This document shows, one piece after another, positions 28,838-38,169 of a stretch of DNA of 64,000 nt. The notes under the pieces were generated by a model, which saw only the letters and a program-made list of their open reading frames with translations, did no database searches and was not told the DNA's origin. Source of the stretch: an uncultured Verrucomicrobia subdivision 3 bacterium (GTDB lineage Bacteria > Verrucomicrobiota > Verrucomicrobiia > Limisphaerales > UBA11358); the NCBI GenBank assembly GCA_903872345.1, contig CAIQKM010000005.1:4601-68600 (forward strand), given 5' to 3'. Both the position numbers and the translations under genes were made by a program. Every line of letters begins with the position of its first letter. The stretch's first letter is position 1.

Positions 28838-29979
28838 GATCCGGTGGCGTTATCGGTGAGGGATTGCAACAATAAACAGCCGTCGGTAACCACCAACTGG
28901 CCTTCTTTCAATCCGTCCAGGATGGCCACTTTGCCGTCGCGTTCCGCCCCGATTTTCACCGCTTGGCGCTGGTACTGGCCCGTATCGGTTTCCAGAAAGA
29001 CGTAATACTGGCCATCCCGCAAAAACACCGCCTTGGCCGAAATCAGGATTTTTAGCGGATCAGGCGACGGCATCTCCACCGCCACATATTGTTCCGCTTT
29101 CAACAGCCCTTCCGCATTGTCCACCACCCCGCGCACCCGCACCGTGCGCGTGTTCGGGTCGAGCGCCCCGCCCACCCAATCCACCCGGGCCTTGAAGTTT
29201 TTATCCGGATAGGACTTGGTGTGAATCGTGAATGCCTGATCCTGGTGAATCACCGGCAGGTCGGCCTCGGACACATCCAGCCACACCCACAGCCGCGTGG
29301 GATCCGTCACCACAAACAATGGCGAGGTGAATTGCGGAATGTTCGCCAGCATCTGATCCGGACGCACCTCCTGCCCCGGCGTTACGTTACGTTCCACCAA
29401 CGTGCCGCTCAACGGGCTCGGCAGCCGGAAAACCGAATCCGCCGCCGTGGCCGTGGATCCATAAATCGCCAGCCGCGCCGTCGCGCGCTGATACTCCGAA
29501 CGCGCGTCGTCCCGGGCATTTTGCGCCGCTTCCAGATCTTTTTTCGCCGCCGCCCCGTGTTCCAACAAATCCTGCGTGCGGTCAAAATTCTTCTGTGCCA
29601 CATCCAGATCACTTTGCGCCTTGCCCGCATCCGCCTGCGCCTGCCCAAAGTCGCCGGATTGGATTTCCGCCAGCGTCTGACCGTTGGTCACCGGCTGATT
29701 GACGTCCACCGGCAGCCGCCGGATGATCCCGGCGAACGGCGTGAAGACACGCACCGTCGCGTCATCATTCCACGCCAGCCGGCCGGTAAACGGCACCGAA
29801 GTCGCCTGCGGGGCGGGCACCAACTCCGCCACCAGCGACGCCAGTTGCGGCGAGTTCAGCGGCAGAATGACCTTGTCCTCCGTAACCTTGGGTGCGGTGG
29901 CCGGTGCGATATCATCGGGTTTCTGGTCGCAACCCGCCAGAATGGCCATGGCCAGGATCAGCAAATAAATAGGTTTCAT
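28834..29979 (-). CDS. RND efflux periplasmic adaptor (membrane fusion) subunit
   Basis: 381 aa. Lipoprotein-like LAGC, coiled-coil hairpin (DLDVAQKNFDRTQDLL...), beta-barrel C-terminus. Overlaps both neighbouring genes by 4 nt. Confidence 0.85.
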   Translation of the reverse strand: MKPIYLLILAMAILAGCDQKPDDIAPATAPKVTEDKVILPLNSPQLASLVAELVPAPQATSVPFTGRLAWNDDATVRVFTPFAGIIRRLPVDVNQPVTNGQTLAEIQSGDFGQAQADAGKAQSDLDVAQKNFDRTQDLLEHGAAAKKDLEAAQNARDDARSEYQRATARLAIYGSTATAADSVFRLPSPLSGTLVERNVTPGQEVRPDQMLANIPQFTSPLFVVTDPTRLWVWLDVSEADLPVIHQDQAFTIHTKSYPDKNFKARVDWVGGALDPNTRTVRVRGVVDNAEGLLKAEQYVAVEMPSPDPLKILISAKAVFLRDGQYYVFLETDTGQYQRQAVKIGAERDGKVAILDGLKEGQLVVTDGCLLLQSLTDNATGS

Positions 29980-31322
29980 TGGTGTTTCGGCAACTCAGGC
30001 ATTACTTGCATGGAAGTTTTCAAGGTGGCAATGGCCACAATGGCGTCGCTCGCCGCTTGGGCGGCATTGAGGCGGACATCATTGTCGTCCCGCTCGGCGG
30101 ACAGCAAATCCAGCAGGGCTGCGCCGCCCTTTTCATAGGCGTAGGCCACGGTCTTCGCGATGTGCGCGGACTTCGGCTCCAAAGCGCCGTGATAATCCTG
30201 CCAGCGTTTGACGGCTTCGTCACACGCCAGCCTAGCCGTGGCCACATCCGCCGCCGCCTGCGCCTCGGCTTTTTCCTGCGCCAGCCGGGCCTGATCCAGC
30301 GCCGCCTGCGCGGCCCGGATGTTGCCGCCATTTTGATTCCAGATCGGCAGCGGAAAACTCACGCCCAGACCCACCGTGTTGGGTGAATCCGCCGGCGAAT
30401 GTTCGTATTGCAGCGACACCGTCGGATCCGGCACCCGCTCCGCCCGTTGCAACCGCCATTCCGCCTCCGCCTGCCGCACCGCCGCCTGGGCCGCCACCAC
30501 ATCGGGCCGGCCCACGCCGACATGATTCGTATCCGGCGGCACGGGCTCCGTTGCCAGCGTCGCCAGCGAATCCGCCAAAACGCAATCGCCCTGCGGATGA
30601 ACGATGCCCAGCAGATTTTCCAGCGCCACCCGCGCCTGCGCGGCGGCGGACTCCGCCGACCGCGCCTGCAACTCATATTGATCCGCATTGATCTCAATGC
30701 GGTTCTTGTCCGCCTCCGAAATATCCCCGGCCTTGAATCGCGTGGCCGCAATCTGCGCCTCCTGCCGCAGCGTGCCCGCCGACTGGTTCAGCACCCGCAC
30801 ATTCTCCTCCGCCAGCGCCACGGCGGCGTACGCCTTCGTCACCGCCAAATCCAAGGTGCGCCGGGCGTCATAAAACTGCGCCCGCGCCGCCGTCAGGCCC
30901 GCCGCCGCCCCGCGCTGCCGATCCCCGCGCTTGCCCCCGATCTCAAACAACTGGTTGATCGCAAAAATCGTGTCATAGCTGCGATGCCACAGGCTGTTCC
31001 CCAGCACGGTGGAATTGGGCTGCCCGTCCGTATTGATTTTGCTCGTGGAAAGGGAGAGGGTCGGGTCGGGAAATTCCTCGCTCACAATTTTCTGCGCCAC
31101 CGCCGCATCCACCCCGCTCGCCGCCGCCAGCACATCCCAATTCCGCTGAAACGCCAGCCGCTGCGCGTCCGCCAGCGTCAACGATTGCAATTCCCTGACC
31201 ACGCCGGCCGGTGTGACCGCATTCGTAGCGGCCCCGCCCAAACTTTGGGCCCGGGCATGCGCCGCCAGCAGCACCAAACTCGCGCCAGTCAACCACTTCA
31301 ACCATGTAAGAGGACACTTCAT
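29976..31322 (-). CDS. TolC-family outer membrane efflux protein (CzcC-like)
   Basis: Two repeated alpha-helical/beta-barrel halves typical of outer membrane factors. The start is taken at MKCPLTWLKW..., which gives a signal peptide. Confidence 0.85.
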   Translation of the reverse strand: MKCPLTWLKWLTGASLVLLAAHARAQSLGGAATNAVTPAGVVRELQSLTLADAQRLAFQRNWDVLAAASGVDAAVAQKIVSEEFPDPTLSLSTSKINTDGQPNSTVLGNSLWHRSYDTIFAINQLFEIGGKRGDRQRGAAAGLTAARAQFYDARRTLDLAVTKAYAAVALAEENVRVLNQSAGTLRQEAQIAATRFKAGDISEADKNRIEINADQYELQARSAESAAAQARVALENLLGIVHPQGDCVLADSLATLATEPVPPDTNHVGVGRPDVVAAQAAVRQAEAEWRLQRAERVPDPTVSLQYEHSPADSPNTVGLGVSFPLPIWNQNGGNIRAAQAALDQARLAQEKAEAQAAADVATARLACDEAVKRWQDYHGALEPKSAHIAKTVAYAYEKGGAALLDLLSAERDDNDVRLNAAQAASDAIVAIATLKTSMQVMPELPKHQ

Positions 31323-31551
31323 CCACTCACAGGATGGCCTAACGAACCCCCGCCGTCTGCCGGGCATACCCTAATTGTTTTGTAGGGCAAAACCTGACAC
31401 GGTGAATAACGTTAAAGCCTCGGGTTTTGCATTTTCAAGCGAAACTTGAATCCGGTTGCACCCCATCCGGTTGCATAACACATTCCCCTTGCAACGCAAT
31501 GCAAGCGAGGTTAGAGTCGGCTCATAAGATTTAACCCAAGGAGAGTATATT

Positions 31552-32775
31552 ATGCAACAAACCCGCTACTGGCTCCCACTGGCCCTGTTTTTAGCCCTGC
31601 TCTCCCGTCTTAACCTCCAAGCCGATGCCTTGGACAATTGGACCACCAATCAAATATCCACCAATTATTGGGGTATTGATTGTGTCGTTTATGGCAACGG
31701 CCATTTTGTGGCGGGTGCGGAAAACCAGGATGACGAGGCGTTTTTCTCCTCGGAGGATGGCAAAAATTGGATGATGCGCTATTCCGGCGGCGGCCCGTGG
31801 GGGACTTCCTTGCAATTCGTCAACGGACGGTTTGTCGGCGTGGGTGGCTACAATTCCGTTTCCAGCTCGGCCGATTCAACCAACTGGACAATCTCTACTT
31901 TGCCTGCATATGTTGGGAGTGATTATGATGCCGGTTTTGGTGATGTAACCTACGGCAATGGTCTATATGTCAAGGTTGGCATAACCAATGGAATCGGCTC
32001 CATTCTCACTTCCTCGGACGGCAATACTTGGACCTACCGTCGGAAGACACCGGCAAATGGCGGATACATCAGCAGTATCGCTTACGGCACCGTTCCATTC
32101 TATCCCTCCACACAACCTTGGTTTGTGGCCGTGGGCAATAATGATGGACACTTTTATTACTCTTCCACCGGCGCAAGTTGGTCAGGTGGCAGCATACCCG
32201 GCGGGAATGTGGTTGGTTTTGGCAACGGTTTATTCATCATCCCCCTGACGGGCAGTTCCAATCTGGTTTCCTCCGATGGCCTCAACTGGAGCCAATTGAA
32301 GACCGGACTGACCAATAAGATTGGAAGGCCCATTTATCAAAATGGCATTTTTTGGGCTTGGGCGACAAATTATCTGGCCACTTCGGTTGACGGAACAAAT
32401 TGGGTTCAGTCTCCGAAACAAATTCCGTGCAGCGAGCAAGGAGGATTAAATGTTTCTTATTACCAGCCATTCGCAACAGATGGAAAAAGAGTGGTTACAT
32501 TTGGGAACACACAAGGGAATGATGTTTATTCAGATAACGGTTTCATTTACCTCTCCGACCCCCTCGTAAGCGTCCGCCTGACCAACAGTCCGACCCGCAA
32601 AGTGGTGCTTACCGGTCTGGCCGGCCGCAATTACCAAATCCAATCCGCCAGCAATCTGGGCGCCTCCGCCAATTGGCAGACCAACGCCACCCTCCAACTG
32701 ACCAACACCCCCTACCTCTGGTCCGATTCTTCCACCAATGCCGCCCGCTTCTATCGCGCCGTGCTCATGCCCTGA
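31552..32775 (+). CDS. Secreted Asp-box (BNR-like) beta-propeller protein with C-terminal RFYR module
   Basis: Signal peptide. Repeated S-x-D-G-x-N/T-W boxes (SSEDGKNW, SSADSTNW, SSDGNTW, SSDGLNW, SVDGTNW). Ends ...ARFYRAVLMP. Clearly AT-richer than flanking genes. Confidence 0.6.
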   Translation: MQQTRYWLPLALFLALLSRLNLQADALDNWTTNQISTNYWGIDCVVYGNGHFVAGAENQDDEAFFSSEDGKNWMMRYSGGGPWGTSLQFVNGRFVGVGGYNSVSSSADSTNWTISTLPAYVGSDYDAGFGDVTYGNGLYVKVGITNGIGSILTSSDGNTWTYRRKTPANGGYISSIAYGTVPFYPSTQPWFVAVGNNDGHFYYSSTGASWSGGSIPGGNVVGFGNGLFIIPLTGSSNLVSSDGLNWSQLKTGLTNKIGRPIYQNGIFWAWATNYLATSVDGTNWVQSPKQIPCSEQGGLNVSYYQPFATDGKRVVTFGNTQGNDVYSDNGFIYLSDPLVSVRLTNSPTRKVVLTGLAGRNYQIQSASNLGASANWQTNATLQLTNTPYLWSDSSTNAARFYRAVLMP

Positions 32776-32789
32776 ACGCCTTTTCTAAG

Positions 32790-32873
32790 GTAGCAGCCGA
32801 CGTCAGGAGGCTCTAAATAAATAATAAATAAACGTTTCCAAAGATATTTCAGCCTACTGACGTCAGCAGCTAC
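32790..32873. repeat. REP-like hairpin, second copy with imperfect right arm
   Basis: Left arm gtagcagccgacgtcaggaggctc at 32790-32813. Degenerate complement at ~32850-32873. Located between convergent genes. Confidence 0.6.
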
Positions 32874-32893
32874 CGAACCGGATTCCCCTTGCC

Positions 32894-34273
32894 TTATCTG
32901 CGTTCATCTGCGCCCATCTGCGGTTGACCTTCCCCGTTCCCTGCCGATTTCACCACCTTGTCCAAATTCCACCCAAACCGGTGCGTCAGCGGCCAGTACA
33001 CCATGAACGCCTGCCCGATCACATTTTGCACCGGGCACATGCCCCACGTGCGCGAATCGGAACTGTTGCACGTATTATCGCCCATGAACAGATAGGCATC
33101 CGGCCGGTTGGTAAAAATGGTGCTCTCGCGGGGAAACTTGGGCGCCAGATCCGGATACAGGTGATACTTCCGCGCCACCGTGCCGTTCACATGACCCGAA
33201 TATTCGCTCTCATGCGGCGGCGTGGCCGGATCAAAACCGTACACATTCGCAAAATGCGGCGTACTCGCATCCAGCCGCTCCCCGTTGATGCGCAGATGAC
33301 GGTCATCGCCGATCTGCACCTGTTCACCCGGCAACACCGTCAGCCGCTTCACGTAATAATCATCCTGATTCTTGATGGCCGTGCCCCGCGTGGAAAACAC
33401 CGCGATCTCCCCACGTTCCGGCTTTCGGAAATTGTAACTCATCCGGTTCACCAGCAGATGATCCCCGGCGGACACCTTCATGCGAATAATATCCTCCCCC
33501 TTGTGAAATACATGATCCGGCTGCCAGCTCAGGGCGGCGCGCAGCTCCAGCGCCTGTTCCCCGCAATCCGGCGGGAACCAGATGACATGCGCCACACCAT
33601 TGATCCACAGCGTCTGCTTGAGGTTAATTAGCACATGCACGGGCGGGTCAATGGAATCCAGCGGTCCATCCGTAAGCGCCACCAGATGAATGTACCGGTT
33701 TCCCGCGAACCATTCCTTCACGCGATTCCAGCCGGTGGGAATGACCAGACTATCCCGCAACCGCGTCTGTTCCTTGAGTTCCGCCGCGACCAGGTCCGGG
33801 TGGTAATCCTCCGGGCGATAATAGAGCAAATGCCGGTCCGCCGCCCAATAATCAATCTTGTCCTGACTGAAATCCGGCACGGAAGTGATGCCATAGAGCG
33901 TCGGCTGCATCGAACCCGTCGGAATCTTGAACGGTTGCAGGAAAAACGTCCGAATCGCCAGCGCCACCGCCAGCGCGACGAGTAAAACTTCGATGTTCTC
34001 CCGCGTGCTGCCATGCGGATACGGTCGAATCCATATGTCCGCCGCCGCCTGCAATTCCGTCAGCCGGGTGCCGGCCAGTTCGCCATCCCACGCTGCCACC
34101 GCCGCGCTTACCGCCATGAGTTTGGCCTGCATTTCTTCCTCCCCCTCGGGTGGCAGCAGGTCGCGCTGGGCCTGGAATAACCGTTCAAAATGCCGGTGCC
34201 GGGCATACGCCTCGCGAATGGTTTGAGAAAACATCCGGGCGGGCAAAACCTTGAAATGATAGATCAATGACAT
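32894..34273 (-). CDS. lepB: Signal peptidase I with long N-terminal cytoplasmic extension and enlarged periplasmic domain
   Basis: PTGSMQPTL (Ser box), GDHLLVNRMSY, FMGDNTCNSSDSRTWG. The start is taken at MSLIYHF (34273). The C-terminal ~12 codons run into an interspersed repeat. Confidence 0.85.
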   Translation of the reverse strand: MSLIYHFKVLPARMFSQTIREAYARHRHFERLFQAQRDLLPPEGEEEMQAKLMAVSAAVAAWDGELAGTRLTELQAAADIWIRPYPHGSTRENIEVLLVALAVALAIRTFFLQPFKIPTGSMQPTLYGITSVPDFSQDKIDYWAADRHLLYYRPEDYHPDLVAAELKEQTRLRDSLVIPTGWNRVKEWFAGNRYIHLVALTDGPLDSIDPPVHVLINLKQTLWINGVAHVIWFPPDCGEQALELRAALSWQPDHVFHKGEDIIRMKVSAGDHLLVNRMSYNFRKPERGEIAVFSTRGTAIKNQDDYYVKRLTVLPGEQVQIGDDRHLRINGERLDASTPHFANVYGFDPATPPHESEYSGHVNGTVARKYHLYPDLAPKFPRESTIFTNRPDAYLFMGDNTCNSSDSRTWGMCPVQNVIGQAFMVYWPLTHRFGWNLDKVVKSAGNGEGQPQMGADERR

Positions 34274-34638
34274 GCTGTCCCGATGCCGAGCGCGCACAAT
34301 ATAAGGGACACCCAAGGAAACGCCATCTGGAAAGGGGAAGCGCGTAAAACATCCAACCTCCAGTACGCTCTCACAAAATCCGGCGGCATGGCCAAACCAT
34401 CGTCCATTTGGACTGCGCCGGCAAAGCGAAGCGGCGACGGCGGTTTTCCACTCGCGAACTCGGCGACACGTATTTCCCAAAGCGGCTTTGTACTTCGGGA
34501 TGGCAACTGCAAGGCGGAACCGGTTCAAATTCAGCCGCCTCGAGCCGCTGCCGTCTTATCCGCAACCCGCATTAAATTTCTGTCATTCACCCGATTTGGC
34601 TCGCCATTCAGCCGCAAAACTTCGATAACCATCACCAT

Positions 34639-35649
34639 ATGAAATCGATTTTCCCGCTCCTGACCCTGCTCGCGCTCACCACCGCCGTGGCCCGCGCGGA
34701 TGAACCCTACCATTTCCTCAAGGAAATCCCCCTCACCGGCGACGGCGGCTGGGATTATCTCTCCGTGGATTCCGACGCCCACCGCCTCTATGTCTCCCAC
34801 GGCACGAAGGTGCTGGTCGTTGACCTCACCTCGGACACCGTCACCGGCGAAATCACCAACACCCCCGGCGTCCATGGCATCGCCATCGCGCCCAAACTGA
34901 ACCGCGGCTACGTCAGCGCCGGCCGCGCCAATCAGGTGAACATCGTGGATCTCGCCACCCTGCAAACCACCGCCACCGTCGCCACCGGCCAGAATCCCGA
35001 CTGCATCCTCTTCGAGCCCGGCCAGAATGAGGTCTATGCCTTCAACGGTCGCAGCAAGTCCGCCACCGTCATCGCCGCCGATACCGGCAAGGTCGTCGCC
35101 ACCATCCCCGAAGGCGGCAAACCCGAATTCGCCCAGGCCGACCCCGACGCCAATCGCGTTTTCAACAACATCGAAGACACCAGCGAACTCGTGGCCATTG
35201 ACACCAAGACCCACACCATCGCCAACCGCTGGCCCATCGCCCCCGGCGAAAGCGCTTCGGGCATGGCCATTGACGTGAAGAATCACCACCTGTTCCTCGG
35301 CTGCGACAACAAGCTCATGGCCATGGTGGACGACACCACCGGCAAAATCGTCGCCACCGTTCCCATCGGCGAAGGGGTTGACGCCAATGCCTTCGACCCC
35401 GGCACGCAACTCGCCTTTGCCTCCTGCGGCGACGGCACCACCACCATCGCCAAGGAAGACGGCAACACCCTGACCGTCGTCCAAACTCTCAAGACTGAGC
35501 GCAGCGCCCGCACCATGACGATTGACCCCGTCACCCACAAAATCTATCTCGCCTCCGCCAAGTTCGACGCCCCGGAACCCGGCCAGCGGCGCGGCAAAAT
35601 AGTGCCCGGCACGTTTAAAATTCTGGTTTACGGACTGGATCAAAAGTAA
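34639..35649 (+). CDS. YncE-like / YVTN-type seven-bladed beta-propeller protein, secreted
   Basis: Signal peptide. Repeated ~40-aa units (RLYVSHGTKVLVVDLTSDTVTGEI, RGYVSAGRANQVNIVDLATLQ, ...). Sits 9 nt upstream of the outer-membrane factor gene. Confidence 0.75.
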   Translation: MKSIFPLLTLLALTTAVARADEPYHFLKEIPLTGDGGWDYLSVDSDAHRLYVSHGTKVLVVDLTSDTVTGEITNTPGVHGIAIAPKLNRGYVSAGRANQVNIVDLATLQTTATVATGQNPDCILFEPGQNEVYAFNGRSKSATVIAADTGKVVATIPEGGKPEFAQADPDANRVFNNIEDTSELVAIDTKTHTIANRWPIAPGESASGMAIDVKNHHLFLGCDNKLMAMVDDTTGKIVATVPIGEGVDANAFDPGTQLAFASCGDGTTTIAKEDGNTLTVVQTLKTERSARTMTIDPVTHKIYLASAKFDAPEPGQRRGKIVPGTFKILVYGLDQK

Positions 35650-35658
35650 ACTCCGCCC

Positions 35659-37080
35659 GTGCCTGCCCGTAACAAAGTCTGGCCGCTGTTCCTCGGAATG
35701 GCGCTCTTAGCCGGTTGCGCCCATTACGAGTCGCAGCCGCTCTCGCCGTCCCAAACCGCCGCGCAATTGCAAGACCGCCGGTTGGAGGACCCCGGTCTCA
35801 AAGCGTTTCTCGCGCAAAACCTCGGCCAGGAGCCCGTCGCCTGGCCGCTGGCGGCATGGGATCTAAAATCCCTTACGCTCGCCGCGTTTTATTTTCATCC
35901 CGACCTCGCCGTCGCCCGCGCCCAATGGCAGCTTGCCGCCGCCGGCCTCAAAACCGCCGGTGCCCGGCCCAATCCCTCTATCACCGCCACCCCCGGCTAC
36001 GACTCCGGCATCCCGGATAATTTCAGTCCGTGGCTCATTCCGGTGTCCGTGGACATCCCGATTGAAACCGCCGGCAAACGCGGCAAACGCCTCGCCGAAG
36101 CCGCGAAAGTCGCCGAGTCCGCCCGCTGGAGCTTTGTCTCCGCCGCCTGGCAAGTGCGCAGCAACGTCCGCGCCAGCCTGCTGGACCTCCAATTCGCCGA
36201 CCGCCGCACCGCACTGCTTCAAACCCAGGTCACCGCCGAAACGGAAATCGTCCAGCGACTGCAACAACAGCTCGATGCCGGGGCCATCGCCCGACCCGAC
36301 CTGACCGTCGCGCAAATGGCCCTGAATCGGTCGCAACTGGATCTCGCCGATGCTCAATCCAAACAAGCTCAGGCCCGCTCCCGGCTCGCCGAAGCTTTGG
36401 GAGTTGGTTTGGATGCCGTAACCGGTCTCAAGCTGGACTTTGATTTCCCCGCCACCGCGCCGGATGCCCTCACCGCACCCGATGCCCGTCGCACCGCCTT
36501 GCGCGGCCGCGCGGACGTCCTCGGCGCCCTCGCCGATTATGCCGCCGCCGAGGCCGACCTCCGCTTGCAAGTCGCCAAACAATATCCCGACCTCCACCTC
36601 GGCCCCGGCTACGCCTGGAACAACGGCAACGCCGGCGACAGCCAGTGGAGTCTCGGCCTGACACTGGAGCTGCCCATCCTCGATCAAAACCAGGGCCCCA
36701 TCGCCGAAGCCGAAGCCCGCCGCAAACTGGCCGCCGCCAAATTCATCGCCGTGCAAGCCCAGGTGATCGCGCAAATCGACCGCGCCAATGCCGGTCTCGC
36801 CGCCGCCCGCCAGCAAGTGTCAACCAGCCACACCTTGCTCAAGTCCGCCGAATCGCAGGCCCAAGCCGTCACCGCCCAAGTGCAAGCCGGTGCCGCCACG
36901 CGCCTCGATTTATTGAGCGCCCAAATGGATTTGAACGCCGTCCGCCTCGCCCAACTCGACGGCGAGGCCCAGTTCCAAACCGCCCTCGGCGCCCTCGAAG
37001 ACGCCCTGCAACAACCCGCCGAATGGAACGCCATCGCCCTCAAAACCTCTGCCGCGGAAGCGAAAGGAAAGCAGCCATGA
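35659..37080 (+). CDS. Outer membrane efflux lipoprotein (TolC/NodT family)
   Basis: GTG start gives MPARNKVWPLFLGMALLAGC, a signal peptide with lipobox. Duplicated helical repeats typical of outer membrane factors. Confidence 0.85.
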   Translation: MPARNKVWPLFLGMALLAGCAHYESQPLSPSQTAAQLQDRRLEDPGLKAFLAQNLGQEPVAWPLAAWDLKSLTLAAFYFHPDLAVARAQWQLAAAGLKTAGARPNPSITATPGYDSGIPDNFSPWLIPVSVDIPIETAGKRGKRLAEAAKVAESARWSFVSAAWQVRSNVRASLLDLQFADRRTALLQTQVTAETEIVQRLQQQLDAGAIARPDLTVAQMALNRSQLDLADAQSKQAQARSRLAEALGVGLDAVTGLKLDFDFPATAPDALTAPDARRTALRGRADVLGALADYAAAEADLRLQVAKQYPDLHLGPGYAWNNGNAGDSQWSLGLTLELPILDQNQGPIAEAEARRKLAAAKFIAVQAQVIAQIDRANAGLAAARQQVSTSHTLLKSAESQAQAVTAQVQAGAATRLDLLSAQMDLNAVRLAQLDGEAQFQTALGALEDALQQPAEWNAIALKTSAAEAKGKQP

Positions 37081-38156
37081 AAAATATTTTCCGCAAGGAA
37101 CATCCAACATTCAACATCCAACGCTCAACATCCAGTGTTTGTCTCTTGCTCGCCGCCCTCCTGACCGCCGGCGCCCTCGCCGGTTGCAGCAAACCCGGCG
37201 GTGACAAGGACGACAAACCCAAAGCCGACGACGCCGCCGACAGCAAGCCCGATGCCCCGGCCGATGCCGGCGTCACCATCGACGCCGATACCCAATCCCG
37301 CCTCGGCCTCGCCACCGGCAGCCCGACCGTCGCCGACTGGCAGCCCGAAATCAAAGCTTACGGCCAGGTCCTCGACCGCGCCCCCCTCAGCGACGCCCTC
37401 CTGGAACTCAACCGCGCTGAAATCGCCTTGGACAGTTCCCGCGTGGAACTCGACCGCGCCAAAGTCTTGCAAGCCCAAAACAACCTTTCGCAGCGCGCCT
37501 TTCAGGATATTGAGACCACCTGCAATCAGAATTTCTCCGCCGCCCAGGCCGCTTATTTGAAAATCCGTCAAACTTGGGGCCCGGAAATCGCCGGCCTCAC
37601 CGGCGACATCGTCCTGCCCCCCGGCACCGTCCGGAAACCAAACCCCCAGCTCGCCGCCCTCACCGATAACAGCAGCCTAATCCGCGTGGACCTGCCCGCC
37701 GGTGAACGTCTCCCCGAATTGAAAGGTGCCGTGCGCCTCGTTCCGCTCGCCGAAAAAGTTGCCCCCGTGAACGGTATCTGCTTCGACCGCCTGCCCGTCA
37801 TGGATCCCCAAACACAGCAGGAATCCATCCTCTGTATGGCCGACGGTGCCGATGCTCAAAAACTCATCCCCGGCGAAGCCGTAACCGCTTACATCAAAAC
37901 TTCCGGCACTCCGGTCAGCGGCGTGGTCGTTCCCGCCAGCGCCATTCTGCGCTATCAGGGTGCGACCTGGATCTATGTCCAAACCGGCACCAACCGTTTC
38001 AGCCGCTCGGCCGTCACCCTGGACCGTTCCGCTGAGAACGGCTGGTTCATTACGGATGGCCTCGCCGCCACCAACCACATTGTGGTCACCGGCGCCCAAA
38101 CGGTTCTGTCCGCCGAATTAAGCGGCATCGGTTTTAACACCGGTCAACGCGACTGA
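37077..38156 (+). CDS. Probable RND periplasmic adaptor lipoprotein (divergent)
   Basis: The ATG overlaps the upstream stop (ATGA at 37077-37080). Lipobox LAGC, a low-complexity D/K/P linker, a coiled-coil segment and a C-terminal beta domain (...ATWIYVQTGTNRFSRSAVTL...). Its position between the outer membrane factor and the RND pump supports the call. Confidence 0.65.
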   Translation: MKNIFRKEHPTFNIQRSTSSVCLLLAALLTAGALAGCSKPGGDKDDKPKADDAADSKPDAPADAGVTIDADTQSRLGLATGSPTVADWQPEIKAYGQVLDRAPLSDALLELNRAEIALDSSRVELDRAKVLQAQNNLSQRAFQDIETTCNQNFSAAQAAYLKIRQTWGPEIAGLTGDIVLPPGTVRKPNPQLAALTDNSSLIRVDLPAGERLPELKGAVRLVPLAEKVAPVNGICFDRLPVMDPQTQQESILCMADGADAQKLIPGEAVTAYIKTSGTPVSGVVVPASAILRYQGATWIYVQTGTNRFSRSAVTLDRSAENGWFITDGLAATNHIVVTGAQTVLSAELSGIGFNTGQRD

Positions 38157-38169
38157 CGCGCCTCCCATC

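Noticed and set aside
34274-34638. Metal-sensing riboswitch in the 365-nt leader of the second efflux operon
   Set aside because: I could not identify a conserved multi-stem architecture or any motif I can match to NiCo/czcD-type or other known riboswitches by eye. Left as something to scan with covariance models.
34531-35643. 370-aa minus-strand ORF antisense to the YncE-like propeller gene
   Set aside because: Low-complexity G/A/D/V repeats mirror the sense gene's codons. There is no start context and no homology pattern. The same reasoning applies to 38134-39174, 39223-40245, 43268-44497, 46396-47556 and 47563-48459.
36645-37076. Upstream extension of the adaptor-like gene to a 503-aa ORF
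   Set aside because: The extension overlaps the C-terminal third of the outer-membrane-factor gene in another frame and is Arg/Pro-rich. The ATG at 37077 overlaps the upstream stop (ATGA) and yields a proper lipoprotein signal. Similar upstream extensions were trimmed at 2966-3094, 12258-12350, 17821-17892, 21586-21723, 24151-24252, 31323-31367, 34274-34528 and 43139-43258.
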